Source of the DNA: Bacillales bacterium UBA4691
Lineage (GTDB): Bacteria; Bacillota_I; Bacilli_A; RFN20; CAG-826
DNA length: 64,000 nucleotides
Reading direction: 5' to 3'
Assembly (NCBI GenBank): GCA_002404865.1
Contig: DHKP01000007.1
Coordinates: 79,019-143,018 of the forward strand
Part shown: one piece after another, positions 44,331 through 53,658 of the stretch
How the letters are laid out: the number at the start of each line of letters is the position of its first letter
How positions within the stretch are numbered: position 1 is the stretch's first letter
Notes under the pieces: model-generated
The model's database searches: none
Told to the model about the DNA's origin: nothing
Seen by the model: only the letters and a program-made list of their open reading frames with translations
Made by a program: the position numbers and the translations under genes

Positions 44331-47300
44331 TTAGGATTTTTTAGGACGAGAGAAGATCTTCTTGCATTTATCTCTGAAAGCAGGAATTTCTTCATAGGCT
44401 AAGCTAAAAGCGAAGAACGCTAAACTAATTCCAAAAATCGTGTCAACCGTAATTTCCACTGCATTAAGGGCATAGATCCAAGGAGGGGTTACCGTGCGGA
44501 AAACAGTGCTAACGTCAATCCCGTTCATCGCATTCGAATGAACTACCGTATAGAGCAAGCGATGGGCTTCTTCCCTCATCGCGTTCGTTAAAGTGCCATA
44601 TCCTTCCTTGTATTTGTATAAAGGAGAAGCTTCGGCACTTTTCGCAGCCAAATCGCCATCAGGAAGCGCGCATCCGCCTAAAATGCTACCCACTAAATCC
44701 ATATAGCCGTTTTGCCAATAATCAGAAACCGCGAAACCAGTCATTCCGAATTCGTTTCTTAAGACGGTATTGATAAAGCCATGCTGGCTTGTCCAAATAA
44801 CGCCTAAGCGGTTAAATCCGGTCATGACGTTTTCGGCATTCGCGTTTTCAATCGCGATTTGGAACGGACGAAGGTATAATTCGCGGATCGTTTGCTCATT
44901 CGCCCATGTATTTATGCCTTCGCGATTCTTCTCTTGGTCATTAAGAACGGCGTGTTTCATATAGACATAAGTGCCCATTTTATGAATGCCTTTGACTTCG
45001 CTAGCAGCGATATATCCCGCTAAAGTGCCGTCTTCGCTAGCGTATTCAAATGCTCTTCCATTATAAGCGCCACGATGGATATTAATCCCTAAGCCGTATA
45101 GGCCAGAATAGCCAGCCCATAAGCAATCCTCACCAATTAAGGTGCCGAGTTCTTCCACTAGAGCATCGTTTCTAGTCGCAGCGATTAAGCTCGCGCATGG
45201 GTATTGGATTGGGGAGGAAGAGGAATCAGAATCGCCATAAAGGAAAGTGAAGCGATTTGGGGCAGCTGAATCGTTGTCTTCGTAAGAATAGGAAGTCCCG
45301 CCAACTGGACCAATCGCACCATTCCCATCGATGGTTTTCGGTTTTCCGATGCTATCGATGCCATCGGTTTTGCGTAAACCATTGGATAATAAAGTTACCG
45401 TTTCTTCAAATGTAAGTTGATCCAAAAGCTTATCCCATTCAGGGTCGTCGTAGTCTTTATAGAAGAGATTCCCCTCTACATCCATTGACATCATAGAGGC
45501 CAAAGTCAAACCATAGTCAGCCCCATAAACTGGATTAGGGACATTGTCTTTTGCGATTTTCTCGGAACCTTTCTTCGCATCTTCAATCATCGCTTCGTTC
45601 GTTTCGATAGTAACGTTATTACTCAAAGCGGCATTTTTATCGGTCAAACCAAGTTTGAGAGTTCCGTTCCAATCGTTTCTAGATAAATAAGTGACGGAAT
45701 TATTGCCGCGATTCTCATAACGGTTTAAATCAACATTGTCAAAATGGTTTGTTATTGGTTTAGAGGTCGCTTTGCTCGTTGCGTATTTGGTGTTAGAGAA
45801 TTCCTTTGTAATTTTATGGACCAAATTGGCATTGCCGTCTTCGTCCATCCCGTCTCCAATTGTTTTACCCTTCTTTGCTAGAATATTATTCATGGCGTCA
45901 TGGACATCTTTTCCAGTCGCTAAATAATAATCCCCTGCATCAAGAACATAGGTTTTTGCTTCGTTAGCGTCATAACTAGCGAAGAATCTACCATCGACGT
46001 TAAAAGTCAATTTTTCGGATGTGTTTGGTTTAAGCAATTTGCTCTTGCCATAAGCAACAAGCTCAATCGAAGATTTTTCAATCCCATTCCGCTTATCGTA
46101 ATCGGTGTAGGGCTTTTGAAGATAAATCTCGACGCTTTCCTTGCTTTCTTTCTTGCCGATGTTCTTAACGTTAACAGTAATCGTATAGGTATCGTCTTCG
46201 TTTTCTTTCACATTGAAATCAGAATAGGAGAAATCGCTATAGGTAAGTCCGTATCCGTAAGGATAAGCGACTGCGTCACGATAAGAAAACGATCCCGCGT
46301 TACCTTGTTTTAAAACGGTATCTTCGTATCTAGTCTCGCTATAGCGATAGCCATTATAAATTCCTTCTTGATAGACAACATAGGAATTGGATTTCCCGCC
46401 ATTCGCGCTAGAAAGGGGACTCCCGCTATTTTTGTAATTGCCGAAATTCGCATAAACAGGGTTGTAATAATGTTTCTTAAAGAAGGTGTCTGTTAATTTG
46501 CCGCTTGGAGAAACGGCGCCAGAAAGAATTCTACCAATGCCAATCGTTCCGCTACTTCCGCCTTCGCCAACCCATAGAACCGCATCAATGCCGTATTCTG
46601 GATCATCGATATAGTCGCATTGAACTTGGTTAGCGCTATTAAGAAGAACGATAATCTTATTTAGCTTTCCGCTAACTTTTAAGGCTTTCATCCCTTTTAA
46701 GACATCTTTTTCGGTTGGGGAAAGTTCAAGATAATTGCCATTGGAATAGTCATTTAAATCGCCACCGCTATTCTTTTGGTCAGTAGCTTCGGTGCCGTAT
46801 CTAGATAAAACAAAGATACCGGCTTCTGCGCTAGCGTTTTTGTCGTTTCCGATTTGGTCCCATTTTGCATCTGCGATTTTGTAAGAAGCGCCATCGCTAC
46901 TCGTACTTGATTTATGGTCACCAAAATATTGCGTATTATCGCTATACCATTTCCATAAGCCTTCATTCACTTGGAAATTAGAACGTTCAAGCCCTTCTTT
47001 TAAGGAAATGTTTTCCGCTCTTTTTGCTAAAGATGAGCCTCCGCCTGAAAAAACGTAATTCACCGAAGAGGAACTGTATAAATTAATCTTTGCGCCACTA
47101 GAAAGAGGAAGAGCGTTATTACTATTTTTTAATAAGGTAGCGCCTTCTTCGGTAATACGGCTCGTTACATCTTTCGCATCGTCTTTTAAATCAGAAATGG
47201 AAGTATAATTCGAAAAATAGTAAATGTTGCTCGCATCGTCATCGCGTTCCGTTCTCTCTTGCGTTGATTGACCCAAGAAAGCAGTTATCGCACCGGCATT

Positions 47301-47390
47301 ATCGCTAGCGATTCCGCTCCCGACATACGTAAGTCCGAATAAAATAGCGGCAACATTAATCGTGATTTTGCTAATATTGATTAATTTCAT
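44331..47390 (-). CDS. Glycoside hydrolase family 3 enzyme with permuted domain order, an N-terminal signal/TM and a C-terminal TM anchor
   Basis: The GH3 C-type domain comes first (EEGATLLKNSNNALPL, SPSGKLTDTF, YGYGLTYSDF). An Fn3-like segment follows (VNVKNIGKKESKESVEIYLQKP). The catalytic barrel is last (KHAVLNDQE, RELYLRPFQ, nucleophile context GFAVSDY). The C-terminal helix is followed by a basic tail. Confidence 0.9.
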   Translation of the reverse strand: MKLINISKITINVAAILFGLTYVGSGIASDNAGAITAFLGQSTQERTERDDDASNIYYFSNYTSISDLKDDAKDVTSRITEEGATLLKNSNNALPLSSGAKINLYSSSSVNYVFSGGGSSLAKRAENISLKEGLERSNFQVNEGLWKWYSDNTQYFGDHKSSTSSDGASYKIADAKWDQIGNDKNASAEAGIFVLSRYGTEATDQKNSGGDLNDYSNGNYLELSPTEKDVLKGMKALKVSGKLNKIIVLLNSANQVQCDYIDDPEYGIDAVLWVGEGGSSGTIGIGRILSGAVSPSGKLTDTFFKKHYYNPVYANFGNYKNSGSPLSSANGGKSNSYVVYQEGIYNGYRYSETRYEDTVLKQGNAGSFSYRDAVAYPYGYGLTYSDFSYSDFNVKENEDDTYTITVNVKNIGKKESKESVEIYLQKPYTDYDKRNGIEKSSIELVAYGKSKLLKPNTSEKLTFNVDGRFFASYDANEAKTYVLDAGDYYLATGKDVHDAMNNILAKKGKTIGDGMDEDGNANLVHKITKEFSNTKYATSKATSKPITNHFDNVDLNRYENRGNNSVTYLSRNDWNGTLKLGLTDKNAALSNNVTIETNEAMIEDAKKGSEKIAKDNVPNPVYGADYGLTLASMMSMDVEGNLFYKDYDDPEWDKLLDQLTFEETVTLLSNGLRKTDGIDSIGKPKTIDGNGAIGPVGGTSYSYEDNDSAAPNRFTFLYGDSDSSSSPIQYPCASLIAATRNDALVEELGTLIGEDCLWAGYSGLYGLGINIHRGAYNGRAFEYASEDGTLAGYIAASEVKGIHKMGTYVYMKHAVLNDQEKNREGINTWANEQTIRELYLRPFQIAIENANAENVMTGFNRLGVIWTSQHGFINTVLRNEFGMTGFAVSDYWQNGYMDLVGSILGGCALPDGDLAAKSAEASPLYKYKEGYGTLTNAMREEAHRLLYTVVHSNAMNGIDVSTVFRTVTPPWIYALNAVEITVDTIFGISLAFFAFSLAYEEIPAFRDKCKKIFSRPKKS

Positions 47391-47395
47391 TATGC

Positions 47396-47845
47396 TTATC
47401 CCTCCGCTTTTTGATCGACGTTTTTATTCTTGGATTCCGCTTTGCAATAGATTGCGACATTCCCAGTGATGGATGCCAAAACATAAAACACGATAGTAAC
47501 GATGATTTTGCTATCGATAAGCTGTAAGGCTTCCGCACTGATCCCGTTATAAAAAACAGCGGAAAAATACATATAGACATAAGCGATGAACATCATAAAA
47601 GACGTAAACACGCATGCCCATAATGGCAAAGCGGCGTAGCGGTCGGTCTTCTTAAAAAGAAGCAAACCTAAATAAGCCACGATCCCGACAAATGTCGGAA
47701 TCGTAGCAAGAGCATTTTTGTATTCTAGAAGCGTACCATCAAAGGATAAGTAGACAATATTTGCCACTAACGCAAGTAAGATTGTAGCAATCGCAAGATA
47801 AAAACCGATTGTCTTATAGAAGGTGCGATTAAGCATCTCTTTCAT
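47396..47845 (-). CDS. Small four-TM membrane protein (hypothetical)
   Basis: 149 aa. A strong RBS (AAGGAGG) is present. It sits between the Big_2 lipoprotein and GH3 genes with 5-11 nt spacers. Confidence 0.6.
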   Translation of the reverse strand: MKEMLNRTFYKTIGFYLAIATILLALVANIVYLSFDGTLLEYKNALATIPTFVGIVAYLGLLLFKKTDRYAALPLWACVFTSFMMFIAYVYMYFSAVFYNGISAEALQLIDSKIIVTIVFYVLASITGNVAIYCKAESKNKNVDQKAEG

Positions 47846-47856
47846 AGAAGACCTCC

Positions 47857-49848
47857 TTACTCACCAGCAGCAGGTGCAAAAGTGACATGGAATTCGTAAT
47901 CACCAAGTGCATTAAATTTCAATTGGAATGGTTTATCGTTTTTAATTTCAAAAATATAAGTTCCTGTTTCGATAACGTCTTTAGATAAAACAACTTTCTT
48001 TTCCTCGTTAGTTCCTCCAGTGATGGAAACCGAACATTCTTCGTTTCCTGAATAAGTGATGGTGTAAGAAGCTTCGTATTTGCCATCTTGAGGTGCATAA
48101 CGCAAGTAGCCATACATAGCAGTACCATTTGTTTTTTTATTATTAAAAACGCTAACGAAGATGTTTTCTTTATCATCCTTCTTGCAATAGTTAATAACTT
48201 TGCCTGTTGTATCAGTACCTTTTGTATCCATTTCAGCACGATACCATTGTCCTCTATTATTCAAAACATCTTTATTTTTCCCTGATGGCAAATCTTCACG
48301 TGTATCAGGGATAGAACTATTAATTACTTCAATAGAACAAGTCGCACTATAAGATTCACAAGTTGCAGTAACGGTAGCAACGCCAACGGCTTTTGCGGTG
48401 ACTTTTCCGGTTTGATCAATGGTCACAATGTTCTCATTATTAGAGCTCCAAGCGACAGCTGAAGTTTCTCCCTCTGGAACTGTAGCGGTTAATGTGAATT
48501 CTTTTTCACCATTCAAATCAAACGTTTTGTTTGATTCGGATAGTTTCATCCTCTTCACTTCGCCAGTTTTTGTGAAAACCGGGAGTACATCAAAGACACC
48601 AGTGCATTTGAATTTAAGTTGGGCGGGATTCCCATCTTTTGGATTCTTAGACGTGAAATCGACCGAAATTTTATTGAATCCAGCAGGATAATTCGTATCT
48701 TGGCCGCCATTAATAGAGATGAAGAGAGGGCTCTCGCTATAGAAATAAAGATCTTCTTTGTAGATAATGTCACCCGTATCATCTGGCTGATAACGGAGAT
48801 AGAAGAAGTTAGCACCTTTCAAATCACCATTCGCATCCCCAACACGTCTAATATCCGCGTGAATTAAGCCGTTATCAATGGTTGGAATGCTTCCAATTTT
48901 GACATTGACCTCGCCTTTTTCCGTATCAAAGTCTTCTCTAAGGAAAACCCAGTTCTTTGGATTAGCAGTTGCAACTGCTTTCTTTCCTTCAGCAAGTTCT
49001 TTCACCTCTTCGCCTTTGTCTTTAACCATGACAACGCAAGTCGCGGAAGAATTATCGCTCGCGGATGTGGCTTTGATTTCGACCATGCCTAAAGCTTTAT
49101 TGGCCTTAACGGTGCCATTTTCGACAGTCACGATATTTTCGTCAGAAGAAGTCCAAATGACATCACTTGGCAAAGTGCCAAATTTAAGCAAAGCGGCGCT
49201 ATCTTCGATCGCAATTTCTCTCTTTTTCTCTAAGCCAAACGTTTTTACGTGAATGGAGCAATTTGCAAAAACTTGGCCATTAGACGCTTTGATAGTGACA
49301 TCGCCTTTCTTTTTCGCTGTGACAACCCCTTCAGTATCGACAGTGGCAACGCTTTCATCAGAAGAAGTCCAAGTAATATCAGTCTTTGCGCCTTCCCCAT
49401 GGACGGAGGCGGTTAGTTTTAAGGTTCCATCGCCTAAATACATATCGGTTTCTTCTTGGTCTAGCGTCAAAGAATGATCAGTCACGACGACATGAATTTT
49501 CTTGCTTTGAAGAACTTTGAGGCTGCCTTTTTTACTCACGCTCACAGTGATGGTTGCCTCACCTTTTCCAACGGCGGTAATTAATCCGGCTTTGACAGTC
49601 GCCACGTTTTTGTCCGACGATTCGTAACGGATTAAATAGAGACTATCATCTTGCGTTGAAACAGTAATTTGTTTGGACTCATTCGCATTCAGCACCACTT
49701 CGGTATCAGAAACGGTAAGCCCGACATCAACTTCTTGGCTTTGTGAGGTGCTATCGTCATTATTTCCGCCGCAAGAAACAAGAACCCCACCGAAAGTAAC
49801 GCCTATTAAGGATGCTAGAGCGAGCAAACTTAATTTTGTATTTTTCAT
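47857..49848 (-). CDS. Surface lipoprotein with multiple Big_2 (bacterial Ig-like) domains and two repeated putative carbohydrate-binding modules
   Basis: The lipobox is VLVSCGG. At least four Big_2 signatures are present (VATVKAGLITAVGKGEATITVS, VATVDTEGVVTAKKKGDVTIKAS, IVTVENGTVKANKALGMVEIKATS, IVTIDQTGKVTAKAVGVATVTATC). The ATG is at 49848 with GAGGAG 8 nt upstream (the ORF-track GTG is at 49857). Confidence 0.8.
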   Translation of the reverse strand: MKNTKLSLLALASLIGVTFGGVLVSCGGNNDDSTSQSQEVDVGLTVSDTEVVLNANESKQITVSTQDDSLYLIRYESSDKNVATVKAGLITAVGKGEATITVSVSKKGSLKVLQSKKIHVVVTDHSLTLDQEETDMYLGDGTLKLTASVHGEGAKTDITWTSSDESVATVDTEGVVTAKKKGDVTIKASNGQVFANCSIHVKTFGLEKKREIAIEDSAALLKFGTLPSDVIWTSSDENIVTVENGTVKANKALGMVEIKATSASDNSSATCVVMVKDKGEEVKELAEGKKAVATANPKNWVFLREDFDTEKGEVNVKIGSIPTIDNGLIHADIRRVGDANGDLKGANFFYLRYQPDDTGDIIYKEDLYFYSESPLFISINGGQDTNYPAGFNKISVDFTSKNPKDGNPAQLKFKCTGVFDVLPVFTKTGEVKRMKLSESNKTFDLNGEKEFTLTATVPEGETSAVAWSSNNENIVTIDQTGKVTAKAVGVATVTATCESYSATCSIEVINSSIPDTREDLPSGKNKDVLNNRGQWYRAEMDTKGTDTTGKVINYCKKDDKENIFVSVFNNKKTNGTAMYGYLRYAPQDGKYEASYTITYSGNEECSVSITGGTNEEKKVVLSKDVIETGTYIFEIKNDKPFQLKFNALGDYEFHVTFAPAAGE

Positions 49849-50120
49849 ATCAATCACTCCTCAAAGCGCTTACATGCGCATCATATTGCCCTAATTATAA
49901 AAATGCCGAAAAGCAATTGAATTGCAATATCCCTTAAAAAACATTGCAAATAATAAATATGGTTTTTCAAAAATAAGTTTTGAGTTTTATTAGAAAAAAT
50001 CGGATAAATGCTGTTGTTTTTAAAATATAGATAATCCTTTACATCTCTATTTTAACAAAATACAAATGATTTTATTGCTGTAGGAATCTATTAATTAAAA
50101 ATGTTCTATCTTTTATCGCT

Positions 50121-50161
50121 ACAAAAATGAAATGATCCTCGCGGTGAAGCGAGGATCATTT
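50121..50161 (-). terminator. Rho-independent terminator
   Basis: A perfect 13-bp stem pairs AAATGATCCTCGC with GCGAGGATCATTT around a 6-nt loop. On the minus strand it is followed by CAUUUUUGU. Confidence 0.75.
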
Positions 50162-50184
50162 AGGAAGGCGATTGCGTGATTGGG

Positions 50185-50655
50185 TTATTTTCTAAATAGC
50201 ATTAATACACCATCGACAATCATTAAAGCGCCGACAATGTAATAGAAAATGTTGATGAATTCCCATGCCCCTTGCACGCCGAAAGCCATGCAGATAACAA
50301 GCGCACCGATAAGCAAAGCAAACACATTGGCAAACAATAATCCTTGGTGTTTCAGTATTCCTAATACGCCGTATGCAAATAAAGCAGCGCCTAGAATAAT
50401 GAAAGCGATCCAGCCGATTGTCCAAGCGAAGACGATAAGCACAACGCCAATCGTGATTTCGACAACGCCAGTAAGAGGCTGAAGCGTCATAAGGCTAAAG
50501 ATACCGGAAACAATGACTAGTACGCCGATAACCGTCACGATCGCGCCCATTAGCCAACTTGCTGTCCCTGCTCCCCCTACTACGAATGCGATTCCAAACA
50601 CAATCATCAAAATTGCGTAAAGTATCGCCGATTGACTCTTTGAAATTTTTGCCAT
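50185..50655 (-). CDS. Small polytopic membrane protein, HdeD/DUF308-like
   Basis: 156 aa of repeated G/I/V-rich helices (VFGIAFVVGG, VIGVLVIVSGIFSL, IGVVLIVFAW). The ATG is at 50655 with an AAGGAG RBS. The family call is tentative. Confidence 0.5.
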   Translation of the reverse strand: MAKISKSQSAILYAILMIVFGIAFVVGGAGTASWLMGAIVTVIGVLVIVSGIFSLMTLQPLTGVVEITIGVVLIVFAWTIGWIAFIILGAALFAYGVLGILKHQGLLFANVFALLIGALVICMAFGVQGAWEFINIFYYIVGALMIVDGVLMLFRK

Positions 50656-50825
50656 AATCAATTCTCCTTTTCCTTCATTATTCTATAGCGATTTTCATAA
50701 ATTAGTTTCTTTTAATTTTGTTTTCCTCTGATTTCTAATTTGTTCACTCTTAGAAAAGAAAAAGGAATTGATGGGGGATAGGCCTATAACGGAAATAATC
50801 TTTAAAAGAACCATTAATTCAAATT

Positions 50826-50972
50826 TCATTCGTTTTCCGAATTGTCTTTTTCTTTGTTGGATAATTTTTTCACTTCAAATAATAGATAAATAATGACCGC
50901 GACTAAAATCACAACCGCCCCAATTAAAGCGATTGTGAAGCGACTCATCGCAAAGGTAATCCACTGATTCAT
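50826..50972 (-). CDS. Possible 48-aa single-pass membrane peptide (not in the ORF track)
   Basis: The translation is MNQWITFAMSRFTIALIGAVVILVAVIIYLLFEVKKLSNKEKDNSENE. AGGAGGG lies 12 nt upstream. I have no homology support. Confidence 0.35.
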   Translation of the reverse strand: MNQWITFAMSRFTIALIGAVVILVAVIIYLLFEVKKLSNKEKDNSENE

Positions 50973-51102
50973 AGCGTTTTTTAACCCTCCTACTTATCTA
51001 TAGTCAAAAAACATTCTTTTTAACAAAATATTTTCATCCCGGTTGCCACTTCTATTATATTGGAGTCATCTTTTTATCCTCTTTAAAGAGGGAAAAATAA
51101 TT

Positions 51103-51815
51103 ATGCATACACTATTTGTCGATACTGACGGCGATTTTACCGCTAAAAGCGCAAAAGAATTTGGGGCAAGCTAATATCAACGCCATATTCGATTGAAGAT
51201 AAAGGATTTTATCCTTATACAAGCGATGGGTGTGACTGTCTTCGCCATGAAAATCGCACTTGATTCTTTATTGAAAAAATATCCAAAACGATGTTTTTTT
51301 GAAATCGAAACGAAGGCAATCACGACTTTGTCTATTTTAATTACGCGTGAGGCCACTAAGCGCTGCTTAGCGAAAGAAAGCGTTGAATCGATACTATCTT
51401 ACGCAAATAAAGAAATCACCACTACGCCATGTATTTCTTTATCGATGACGTAAAGTTCTTCGCTAGAAGCGGAAGAGTTTCCGGAATAAATGCAAAAATG
51501 GGCAACTTGTTCGGGTCAAACCGATTTATTTATATGAGGGAAGAAGGCGAAATGGAAACAAAAGGAAAAACCATCGGTAGAAAAAAGAAATTGATGCAAT
51601 ACTCTATCACGGAAGAATTGGGGGACGAAGTAAAAACACGTCCCCTCGTTATGGGCCATACTGGATTCTAAAAAGGTGCAATATTATTAAAAGAGGCAAC
51701 ACTAAAGAAATGCGGAACAGATATCGACCTCACGATAATGCCCGTTAATCATACTGTAGGAAGCCATTGTGGACTCGATGGAGTTGGCATCGCTTTCCAT
51801 AGCAAGCATAGATAA
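51103..51815 (+). pseudogene. DegV-family (fatty-acid-binding) gene remnant, broken by several frameshifts and stops
   Basis: The fragments lie in different frames. They are MHTLFVDTDGDFTAKSAKEFGAS*, ISTPYSIEDKGFYPYTSD, ...FFIDDVKFFARSGRVSGINAKMGNLFG... (the DegV GGR-type motif) and the C-terminus ...NHTVGSHCGLDGVGIAFHSKHR*. The total span is shorter than an intact ~280-aa DegV. Confidence 0.55.
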
Positions 51816-51823
51816 GCAGACAT

Positions 51824-51862
51824 AAAAAAGAGTCATCGAAATCCGATGGCTCTTATTTTTTT
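51824..51862. terminator. Bidirectional terminator between the degV remnant and pgcA
   Basis: The sequence is AAAAAAGAGTCATCG-aaatc-CGATGGCTCTTATTTTTTT. Confidence 0.7.
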
Positions 51863-51878
51863 GTATTATCAACTGATA

Positions 51879-53558
51879 CTAGTTTTCGAACTTCTTGAAC
51901 AAAGCACGAACCTTATTTTGTAGACTTAAGAATTCTTCAGTAAGCGCTTCTTCTTTTTTAGAAGTCACGTAATAATAGATTTTGATTTTTGGTTCAGTGC
52001 CGCTTGGGCGAATCGTGAAAGTGCTGCCATTCTTTAATCCGAATTTCAAAACATCGCTACTAGGAAGATTGATCTTTTTCTTTTCACCTTCTTCATACGA
52101 CACTTGCGAAAGATAATCGTTCACGAATAGATATTCGTCTTTGGAAGTATCCGCATATTTGTGCCATTCTTCCATGATGTGTTTCATCGTAAGAGAGCCT
52201 TTTGGCCCAGGGAATTCGAAATTATCAAGGCCAGTCTTCACATAGCCGAATTTTTCGTATAGTTCATTAAGACGGTCAAGTGGGCTCATATGTCGGCTCT
52301 TAAAATCCTGCATCATAAAGGCGATGAGCAAAGAAGCGTCCACCGCGTCTTTATCGCGAACTTTCGTTCCGCTTAAATAGCCATAGCTTTCCTCAAAGCC
52401 AAAGAAGTAACGATCTTCATGACCTTCTTTTTCAAGATTTCCAATTTGCTCGCCGATGAATTTAAAGCCGGTGAGCACTTGGCGGACTTCCATACCTGCA
52501 TCTTTTGCGATAGGAAGAATCATATCGCTAGTGACGATTGTTTTTACGACAACGCTTCCTGGAACGGCTTTTTTATGATGAAGCAAGAAATCATAAAGGA
52601 GAATGCCCATTTCATTGCCGTTAATTAAGCGAATCTCGCCTTGGTATTTGACTGCCGTTCCGACACGGTCACAGTCAGGATCGGTGACAAGGAGCAAATC
52701 GGCGTTTTCTTTCTCAAAAAGCTTGATCCCTAGGGCCAAGGCCTCTTTTAATTCTGGGTTTGGTTTTGGGCAAGTGGTGAAATTGCCATCGGGATCACGC
52801 TGTTCAGGGACAACGATCACATTTTTGAATCCAGCATTATCCAAAGCGCGTGTCACAGGAACTAAGCCTGTTCCATTTAATGGGGAATAGATGATTTTCA
52901 AATCTCTATCTTTGATTTCAGGAATTTCTTTCGTCTTGATGTAATCTAAGAAAGAATTCAGGCAATCAGGCTTAATAAATTCAATCATGCCATTATGAAG
53001 CCCATCTTCGAAATCCATCGTCTTCACATCGTTAAAGATATCAAGGGATTCGATAATCTCGACCATTTCATTAGCGGCTTCTAACGTGATTTGGCAGCCT
53101 TCATCGTTATAGACTTTATAGCCATTATATTGCTTTGGGTTATGGCTAGCGGTAACCATGACTCCGATTGAAGTATGTAGATACCTAACCGCATAGGAAA
53201 GCAAAGGCGTAGGCTCTAGGGTTGGATAAATATAAACCTTTAAGCCGTTCGCGGCATATACTCCTGCGGCGTAATGGGCAAATAAGGTACTATTGATGCG
53301 AGAATCGTAAGAAATAGCGACGCTTGCACCTTCTCCATAATGCTTTTTTGCGTATTGAGCAATCCCTTGGCTCACCTTTCCAACAGTATAGATGTTCAAG
53401 CAAGCGCTCCCTGCGCCAAGTAAACCTCTTAAACCACCGGTACCAAATTCAAGATCTTTATAAAAAGCAGCTTCTTTTTGTTCATCATTCATCGCCTTAA
53501 GCTCACGCAAAAGAGAATCGTCTTTTACGTTAGCTAGCCAACGCTCATAATCGTGCAT
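51879..53558 (-). CDS. pgcA: Alpha-phosphoglucomutase (PgcA-type phosphohexomutase)
   Basis: YERWL...FYKDLEFGTGGLRG and the active-site loop VTASHNPKQYNGYKVY closely parallel Bacillus PgcA. I trimmed the start to the ATG at 53558, which has a GGAGGAAAA RBS. Confidence 0.92.
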   Translation of the reverse strand: MHDYERWLANVKDDSLLRELKAMNDEQKEAAFYKDLEFGTGGLRGLLGAGSACLNIYTVGKVSQGIAQYAKKHYGEGASVAISYDSRINSTLFAHYAAGVYAANGLKVYIYPTLEPTPLLSYAVRYLHTSIGVMVTASHNPKQYNGYKVYNDEGCQITLEAANEMVEIIESLDIFNDVKTMDFEDGLHNGMIEFIKPDCLNSFLDYIKTKEIPEIKDRDLKIIYSPLNGTGLVPVTRALDNAGFKNVIVVPEQRDPDGNFTTCPKPNPELKEALALGIKLFEKENADLLLVTDPDCDRVGTAVKYQGEIRLINGNEMGILLYDFLLHHKKAVPGSVVVKTIVTSDMILPIAKDAGMEVRQVLTGFKFIGEQIGNLEKEGHEDRYFFGFEESYGYLSGTKVRDKDAVDASLLIAFMMQDFKSRHMSPLDRLNELYEKFGYVKTGLDNFEFPGPKGSLTMKHIMEEWHKYADTSKDEYLFVNDYLSQVSYEEGEKKKINLPSSDVLKFGLKNGSTFTIRPSGTEPKIKIYYYVTSKKEEALTEEFLSLQNKVRALFKKFEN

Positions 53559-53658
53559 ATATTTTCCTCCACACATTTATTAAGTATTCTAATCATATTA
53601 CGAATTCATGAGGATGAATAATTCTTATTTCCTTGTAGAAACAACTTTCTTCTATTTT

